A stretch of 64,000 nt of DNA from an uncultured Parabacteroides sp. (GTDB lineage: Bacteria; Bacteroidota; Bacteroidia; Bacteroidales; Tannerellaceae): NCBI RefSeq assembly GCF_902493135.1, contig NZ_CABUOD010000024.1, forward strand, positions 5,585 through 69,584, in the 5' to 3' direction. Below are positions 58,412-64,000 of this stretch, piece after piece. Numbering within the stretch: position 1 is the first letter of the stretch; the number at the start of each line of letters is the position of its first letter. The notes under the pieces were generated by a model, which was not told the DNA's origin, searched no databases, and saw only the letters and a list, made by a program, of their open reading frames with translations. The position numbers and the translations under genes are program-made.

Positions 58412-58590
58412 CTATCAAACTGCCCATGTGATAGTTTTAGCTCTTATCCTGCGATATACACCAACAAAGTTTTATTTTCCAAGATTCTCTATCACTCTAT
58501 CACTCCGAGGCCTTAGCCGCCTCATACTCAATCGCTAAGCGAGTGACAGCAACCGCATTTCATCTATCACACCTCTATCACAACTGTCAC
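58412..58590. repeat. Cluster of eight CTATCAC/GTGATAG-type heptamers upstream of the pilin operon
   Basis: CTATCAA at 58412; GTGATAG at 58428 (inverted); CTATCAC at 58489 and 58497 (8-nt tandem); GTGACAG at 58543 (inverted); CTATCAC at 58564 and 58575; CTGTCAC at 58584. Confidence 0.7.
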
Positions 58591-58885
58591 ACCCGGTGAA
58601 AAGCGCACGAACCGACAGCCTTTAACAGCCAATAGACCGTTGAAAATCATACAAATAAGCGACAAATATCGCTAAACATGGGGATGTCGGCCATCCCTAC
58701 ATCCCCATGTTCAGCCTCAAACATCCGGGTGTACGTTTCGCCAACATCCGGGTGTTCCACATCTATTGTGCTTACTCTTGCCATTTCCGACAGTATGGTT
58801 GATAAAAAAAGCATCTGTTTTTATTGTAAAAGTATGTAAAAACACTGTTAATCGTCACTCAACAGAGAGCTCGCTTGTATAAATG

Positions 58886-58915
58886 CAAAAAAGTGCTCCC
58901 GGGGAGGGAAGCACT
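58886..58915 (-). terminator. Rho-independent terminator after the 386-aa pilin gene
   Basis: The minus strand reads AGTGCTTCCC-TCCCC-GGGAGCACT followed by TTTTTT (plus-strand arms 58892-58900 / 58906-58915, A-run 58886-58891), 22 nt after the stop at 58937. Confidence 0.7.
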
Positions 58916-58936
58916 CTTTTGTTATTTAAGAGGTTA

Positions 58937-60097
58937 TTATTGAACAGGAGCAACCTGAGTAACATCATCCCAGTCCTCAACCACAGTCTTGACTTTCAGA
59001 GTAGGTCTCTCACCACCTACACCACCACCAATACCGGCAACAGCTAAAGAAATCTTATAGTTCTTATTAGGAAGAATACCAGCACCAGCGACTTGCCCAG
59101 TAATCGTACCTTCTTTACCAATCTCTATGTTATAAAAACTATTATATGTATTATTAATAGTCTGACCGTCACGTACAGCACCTTCCACTTTCATTGTTCC
59201 GTTAAGCGTAAAAGCGGTAGGATTGGTATTCGAATATGTCTCACCGCTTTTTGTTGCCTCATTAGGCAATACATAGAATACAATAGAACTCGGTTTTGTT
59301 ACGGTCACCTCTGTTTCTGTTGTATTTATAGTATATATAGCCCAAGATTCAGTTTCATCAGCTACTTTATAACTACTTTGAGTTTCATCATTCGTCAAAG
59401 ATTTCCATGTCCAATCAGTTAAACCACCAACAAAATCATCTCCTACAGCATAAGATCTTGCAGAACTTTCACCGCGTTTCGCAAAAGTAACCGTAGAACT
59501 TTTGGGAGCTCTGTTTACAGATGCTGAGATAAAATCAAATTTAAATGTACCGGCAGTAAATGCATTTTCACTTCCCTGTTGATTCATATCCAAAGTCAGT
59601 TTAACCAACTCTACACGAGCCAAGTCACGAACCAAAGTCAACGTTGTATTATTTTCTCCTGTTTCAATTGTTACATCTGTAGAAAGACCGTGCATCGGTA
59701 AGTTTGTTCCCCCAATATTGTTAGTAACATTAATTACTTCACTCACTGGCACGCTTTCCATTTCTTTACCAAAATTAGCATAACCTACACAATAAAGCTT
59801 CTGACCTACTTCCAGGTTGTCAAAAGTGTAAGTATATTCCGACGCAATTCCCGAAGTAAGATGGACACGATTAATAACCTTGTCTGTTCCCTGCTCAAGC
59901 AAAAAGATATTAATATCATTCACGGCAGTTTCAGAACCAGCCTCAATATTAATTGCCTTTGTAGACTTCACACCAAGATCAATCGTCAAAGAAGCATCTC
60001 CCTTAGCATCCGGTCCATTGTCAATCACTTCATCCTTCGAACAAGAAGCGAACGCACATGCGATCATAGTCGCATACATTAAATTTCTTAGTTTCAT
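58937..60097 (-). CDS. FimA/Mfa1-like type V pilin lipoprotein (monocistronic)
   Basis: 386 aa with a lipobox (CAFASC), LTIDLGVKSTKAIN, LARVELVKL, and a C-terminal LKVKTVVEDWDDV. Confidence 0.75.
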   Translation of the reverse strand: MKLRNLMYATMIACAFASCSKDEVIDNGPDAKGDASLTIDLGVKSTKAINIEAGSETAVNDINIFLLEQGTDKVINRVHLTSGIASEYTYTFDNLEVGQKLYCVGYANFGKEMESVPVSEVINVTNNIGGTNLPMHGLSTDVTIETGENNTTLTLVRDLARVELVKLTLDMNQQGSENAFTAGTFKFDFISASVNRAPKSSTVTFAKRGESSARSYAVGDDFVGGLTDWTWKSLTNDETQSSYKVADETESWAIYTINTTETEVTVTKPSSIVFYVLPNEATKSGETYSNTNPTAFTLNGTMKVEGAVRDGQTINNTYNSFYNIEIGKEGTITGQVAGAGILPNKNYKISLAVAGIGGGVGGERPTLKVKTVVEDWDDVTQVAPVQ

Positions 60098-60503
60098 ATT
60101 CTTCTAAATTAAAAAGTTAATAAATTCGTTTTTATAATGATTATTATTTTTTCTTACCCTATAGCTTACTGAGTTGTTCGGAACGACTGTTGTGCTTTTG
60201 TTGTTCATCTTCCCATCGGCTAATTCTTTATTATACGATTACGAATCATACAATCCTCATTTTATCCATCTCATCGTCTCGGGCTTTTGTCTTTCGACAT
60301 TGCAAAGATGGTGGAAAAAGAAAAGAGGTGTTAGGGGCGTGACTATCAAAAATAATCGGTAAAACTCTAAGTCGTCATTTTGATTTATTTGCACCCTTTT
60401 TTGAGATTTTTTCAGTTTCATGGCACTTGTATTCTTATTATAAAATAGAACAGGGTAAGAATGCAGTGTGACTAATTGTCCAAAATGACGGGATGTCCAG
60501 CGG

Positions 60504-62570
60504 TTAAACTGGAATCCCGTATTGTGAAGGCGTAACTCCGTATTGCTCGGTAAAGCGTTTGCGGAATGTGGCTGTATCGTTGAATCCTACCATTTCAGCG
60601 ACTTCCTGGACGGAGTATTGCTGGCTGGCAAGCAGTTCGGCGGCTTTTTTCAGTCGTATGTTGCGCGTCAGTTCGAGGATGCTCAGATCGGAGTACTGCT
60701 TAATCTTGCGGTACAGGGTCGGCAGGCTCATATTCAATGAGTCTGCGAGTACTTTTGCTTCAAAAGTAGAGTCATCGAGGTGTTTCTCTATGTTTTTGAC
60801 GACGGCGTCCATGAACGGGTTGGTCGGCAGCGTGCTGTCTTCATCTTTCGAAGTGGCGGAAGAAGCAGAGAAGTAGCGTTTCATATCGTCGCGTTTCTTC
60901 ATCAGGCTGTTGATCTTGCTTCGCAGGATTTCCACGTCGAAGGGTTTCGTGATGTAATCGTCCGCGCCGGCTTCGATACCGGTGATCACGTCTTCGCTCT
61001 CGACTTTGGCCGTCAACATCACGACAGGCGTCTGCGCCATCTTGGGCTCCCGCTTGATTTCGCGGCAGGTCTCGTAGCCGTCTTTCACCGGCATCATGAC
61101 GTCGCAAAGGATCAGGTCCGGCTCCTCTTTCAAGGCGACGTCGATCCCGTCCTGCCCGTTGCGGGCTTCCAGTATCTGGTATTCCTTGTTAAAGACGTGC
61201 TTCAGGAACCAGCGGATCTGGTCGCTGTCGTCGATCACCAGGAGCTTCTTGCCGGTTTCCTTCTTTTGCGGGATCACCTGGATCAGTTCGGCAATCTCTT
61301 CTTTCTGACGGGCGTTGAGCTTGACCAGGTCCGATTCGGGTTCTACGAATTCGACACGGCGGTCCAACAGATGTTGTTTGCCGAGCGGGATCATGATCGT
61401 GTAGGAGGTGCCGTTCTTATCCGATTCGCTCCGGTATTTACCGCCTATCGCGTCGGCCATGTCTACGATCTGCTTCAGGCCGCGGCGTGCGCTTTCGTCC
61501 TCGTCCAGGCCCTCGTCTGTCACGACTACCGCGCTGTAGGCTTTGCCGTCTTCACTCACGACGGATATGTCGAGCGTCACTTTCCCATAGGCAAACGTAT
61601 TTTTGAAGGCATTCGACAGCAGCATACGCAAAGCGAACTCCATCTTGCGGCGGTCCAACCAGACCCAAAGGGCGGGCGTCTGCGTGTTGATGCGGAAATC
61701 GACGTTGTTCATGGCCACCCAATCGACGAAGATATCGCAGATCTGGCGGGCAATCTCGACCATGTCGTAACGGGCTATGCGCAGGTAGTTGGCGACATCG
61801 TTCGAACGGCGCGTACCGATCAGCTGGTCCGCCAGGTCCTGCATGGCAAGCGTATTACGGTAGGCCGAAAGCAACTGGGTAGACATGTCTTTCCCCGGAT
61901 CGTCGTTCTGCACCACCAGGGCAAGGGAACCCAACACCAAGGATAGCGGGGTGCGCATTTCGTGGATCGTCTCGATAAAGAAGTTGTCGTGGATGCTCTC
62001 GGCGTCTTTCAGGCGGTTTTCCGCTTCGGCAAGTTTGTCGGCGGCCTCGCGCTGGATCGTATCGTTTTCCTTGATCTTGGTGACGATGAGTTGTTCCAAC
62101 TCTTTCTTATTATTATTCAGAGTGGAGATCGTCAATTCCAGCTCGTTATTCTTCCGGACCAATTCACCATTGGCGTGCGCCAGATCGTCATTCTGCTTCC
62201 GTAAGGCCCGGTATTTTTCTTCATGTTGCTCGATTTGCCCTTCCAGCGACTTATTCCGGGTATTAAGTTCTGCGTTCCGGGCATTCAGGTTTTCGTTTCG
62301 GGCATTCATTTCCTTGTTCTGACCTTCAAGCGCGACGTTTTCCTTTATGATCCGATCCGAACGGTCGCTCATGCCGGAATGCAGTTTCCTCACGTAAAAA
62401 AACAGGGGGACAAAGAAAAGCAGTAGGGCAACCACTACAATCAATGTCTCACTCTCGAATAGTTTTCCATTTTCATTGGCAGCTAAGATTAATGAAGTAC
62501 TGAGAAAAAGGCCAGTCAATACTCCACTCACCCTCCTGAACAGAGATTTTTTCTTCATATTTATATGCAT
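60504..62570 (-). CDS. Hybrid sensor histidine kinase / response regulator with a C-terminal AraC-type HTH (no periplasmic sensor domain)
   Basis: 688 aa. It has two TM helices around a ~17-aa loop, a long coiled coil, an H-box (IHEMRTPLS), an N-box (LLSNAFKNT), REC (LLVIDDSD...LILCDVMMP...ITKPF) and an AraC HTH (LPTLYRKIK...VGFNDTATFRKRFTEQYGVTPSQY). Confidence 0.9.
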   Translation of the reverse strand: MHINMKKKSLFRRVSGVLTGLFLSTSLILAANENGKLFESETLIVVVALLLFFVPLFFYVRKLHSGMSDRSDRIIKENVALEGQNKEMNARNENLNARNAELNTRNKSLEGQIEQHEEKYRALRKQNDDLAHANGELVRKNNELELTISTLNNNKKELEQLIVTKIKENDTIQREAADKLAEAENRLKDAESIHDNFFIETIHEMRTPLSLVLGSLALVVQNDDPGKDMSTQLLSAYRNTLAMQDLADQLIGTRRSNDVANYLRIARYDMVEIARQICDIFVDWVAMNNVDFRINTQTPALWVWLDRRKMEFALRMLLSNAFKNTFAYGKVTLDISVVSEDGKAYSAVVVTDEGLDEDESARRGLKQIVDMADAIGGKYRSESDKNGTSYTIMIPLGKQHLLDRRVEFVEPESDLVKLNARQKEEIAELIQVIPQKKETGKKLLVIDDSDQIRWFLKHVFNKEYQILEARNGQDGIDVALKEEPDLILCDVMMPVKDGYETCREIKREPKMAQTPVVMLTAKVESEDVITGIEAGADDYITKPFDVEILRSKINSLMKKRDDMKRYFSASSATSKDEDSTLPTNPFMDAVVKNIEKHLDDSTFEAKVLADSLNMSLPTLYRKIKQYSDLSILELTRNIRLKKAAELLASQQYSVQEVAEMVGFNDTATFRKRFTEQYGVTPSQYGIPV

Positions 62571-63221
62571 TTATTAAACATCCGTCTGTAATTAGAAGTT
62601 TTACACCACAAAGATGGCAAAAATATTTCTCTTACGATACATTTAACATTAATTATTTTTCAAAAATATCATGATAATCATTGTATTTTGCATCGGCAGG
62701 ACTGTCACAAAGGGATAAGATCATCTAAATTTCAAACGATAGAGGCAAGTAAATATAGAAGGCTCCGGCCTTGTCCGGATTGATACGAATACCCATATAT
62801 TGATACATTTAACATATTTTACGCGCGTATTATTGTAGAACAGAAAAACTCATTTTACTTTTGTGCAAGAATAATGGACAGAGATTCAAACGAATGCTTC
62901 TTGATTTCAAAAAGTAGGATAGTATCATATGTATAGGGACTTTTCAGACGAAGCTTCTCTAAAAGAGTTGTCCATAAAGGAAAATATTTCATTTGATTCA
63001 TTTTACCCTCAATTTTTTATATGCATAGGCGTACATCCGGATTGTTCCGCGTGTGCGCCATTTTTTTTCTTTCCGGTTTCTACGCGTACATATATATAAT
63101 GTAAAGAAGCAATCTGATGATAAGGCTTCAGAAAGCCGGCCGGCATCAAGCAATCAGCCGCTACAACGGAAGGACTGATCGTTTTGCCCCCAGACAGTCC
63201 GAGAACTCTTGTTATGCTTTC

Positions 63222-63307
63222 TTTTAGGCACGGATTTCACGGATTACACGGATTTCACGGATTTTTCTTTATCCTTTCCGTGTAATCCGTGAAATCCGTG
63301 CCTAAAA
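63222..63307. repeat. Cargo-less inverted-repeat hairpin of the CGGAT 9-nt-periodic family
   Basis: The arm TTTTAGGCACGGATTTCACGGATTACACGG (63222-63251) is perfectly complementary to 63278-63307. CGGAT cores lie at 63231, 63240, 63249 and 63258 (9-nt period), with a 26-nt loop. Confidence 0.85.
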
Positions 63308-63371
63308 TCATAACATAAGCTATGACCAAGTTTTCGGACAGCCTCCCCCGTGATACTCTTACACACTCGTT

Positions 63372-63553
63372 TGATATTTTCACCCACCAAGCGACAAAGA
63401 CAGAAAGCAAAGTCGAGCAATGAGAGGATCAGCCATGCTTGTGATATTTTCACCAGCCACAGAACAAGAGGCGATTCTTTCAAAAAGCAGATGATATTTA
63501 ATAGTTTTACGATGCAAAATGAGACTCACAACCCCATTTGTGATATTTTCTCC
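63372..63553. repeat. Three copies of the 13-mer TGATATTTTC(A/T)CC, with related degenerate copies nearby
   Basis: TGATATTTTCACC occurs exactly at 63372 and 63442, and TGATATTTTCTCC at 63541. Related copies are TGATATTTA at 63492 and TGATATATTTGC at 63615. Confidence 0.7.
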
Positions 63554-63617
63554 GACTATTTTGAGCTGTTTAACATATTTTACACACAAAACTATTGTGG
63601 CTTCCAAAAAGCCGTGA

Positions 63618-63625
63618 TATATTTG
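63618..63625 (+). promoter_or_regulatory. Candidate -7 promoter box (TATATTTG) for the Mfa2-like gene at 63725
   Basis: Perfect TAnnTTTG match 100 nt upstream of the ATG at 63725. Confidence 0.35.
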
Positions 63626-63724
63626 CAATATCAAAAAGGGACAGAGGTTTCGATGAGGGTCTTAACCTGAAGAAGTTCCTTCGAGAGTATAGGGTATTAA
63701 TTAGCATATAAAAAAATTAGGGTC

Positions 63725-64000
63725 ATGAAAAAGGGTAAAATTTCCACAAATTGTTTGTTTTCTTTCTGGACTTTGTCCGTTGTCCTGTCTTTCGCAAGCT
63801 GTTCAGCCGATAGCGATTCCACTGCAATCATCGATGAAAGAGTTCCTCTGGAAACGGAAGTTCCTTTTTCCGTAATCCTGAAAGCTTATTCTGAAAACTC
63901 GGATATCACAGCCAAAGGAGACGTAAAAAGCACTACGCTCTATGTTTTCGATGAGAACAATGACTTCTACAAACAAATCACGGTAGACAAAGACTATCTG
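63725..64000 (+). CDS. Partial CDS (5' end, runs off the window): FimB/Mfa2-like fimbrial lipoprotein
   Basis: The ATG at 63725 opens 92 codons to the window end: MKKGKISTNCLFSFWTLSVVLSFASCSADSDS...TTLYVFDENNDFYKQITVDKDYL. It has a lipobox, and the LYVFDENN segment parallels LYIFDENKK of the Mfa2-like gene at 55939-56865. It is not in the ORF track because there is no stop codon. Confidence 0.6.
   Translation, partial: MKKGKISTNCLFSFWTLSVVLSFASCSADSDSTAIIDERVPLETEVPFSVILKAYSENSDITAKGDVKSTTLYVFDENNDFYKQITVDKDYL

Noticed and set aside
60373-60490. A 10-bp inverted repeat (CGTCATTTTG / CAAAATGACG) flanking ~98 bp between the kinase stop and the 386-aa pilin gene, considered as a possible invertible promoter switch.
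   Set aside because: A 10-bp inverted repeat within ~100 bp is expected several times by chance in 64 kb. There is no recombinase gene nearby, and no -7 promoter box inside the segment.
63244-63670. ORFs 63244-63483 (-), 63380-63634 (-) and 63350-63670 (+) in the regulator/Mfa2 intergenic region.
   Set aside because: They are mutually overlapping, run through the CGGAT hairpin and the 13-mer repeats, have odd composition and lack any start context. They are more likely non-coding.

Overview
The window looks like a Bacteroidales chromosome segment (Parabacteroides/Bacteroides-like): it has SusC/SusD pairs, ECF-sigma/FecR regulators, TAnnTTTG -7 promoter boxes and type V pilin lipoproteins. 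No rRNA, tRNA or CRISPR array was seen. Layout: (1) 1-27.4 kb holds three glycan-utilisation units. PUL1 is on the minus strand (FecR, STN-SusC, SusD, GH2, one more secreted protein) and has no sigma gene of its own. PUL2 is on the plus strand (ECF sigma, FecR, STN-SusC, SusD, GH2). A third SusC/SusD/GH92 unit follows, then an internally truncated Gfo/Idh/MocA-like ORF and an orphan ECF sigma. (2) 28-38 kb is a housekeeping minus-strand block, rimP-nusA-infB-cvpA-sufB-sufC-sufD-VOC. (3) 38.2-41.8 kb is a TPP-riboswitch-controlled thiamine uptake operon (TonB-dependent receptor, PnuC-family transporter, thiamine pyrophosphokinase). (4) 42-64 kb is an accessory region. It carries a DUF3575/DUF3868-OmpA-TPR pair, a YefM/YoeB-type toxin-antitoxin pair, and a compositionally mosaic type V (Mfa/FimA-like) pilus super-locus with seven pilin-like lipoproteins and an Mfa2-type anchor. 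It also carries a sensor-less hybrid kinase/REC/AraC regulator and the start of a second Mfa2-like gene. The strongest candidates for undescribed biology are: (a) a GxxExxY PD-(D/E)XK gene boxed in by 50-bp inverted repeats inside the suf operon, with two cargo-less hairpins of the same 9-nt-periodic CGGAT repeat family elsewhere in the window (a REP/RAYT-like relationship is hypothesised); (b) an autonomous AT-rich three-gene cassette (81 aa plus two paralogous tail-anchored helical membrane proteins) dropped between two pilin operons; (c) a 21-bp-phased array of GAAAC-N4-GTTTC palindromes where PUL1's sigma gene would be expected; (d) four 23-bp tandem hairpins between sufB and sufC. All functional calls come from reading the translated ORFs and recalling motifs; no database search was run.
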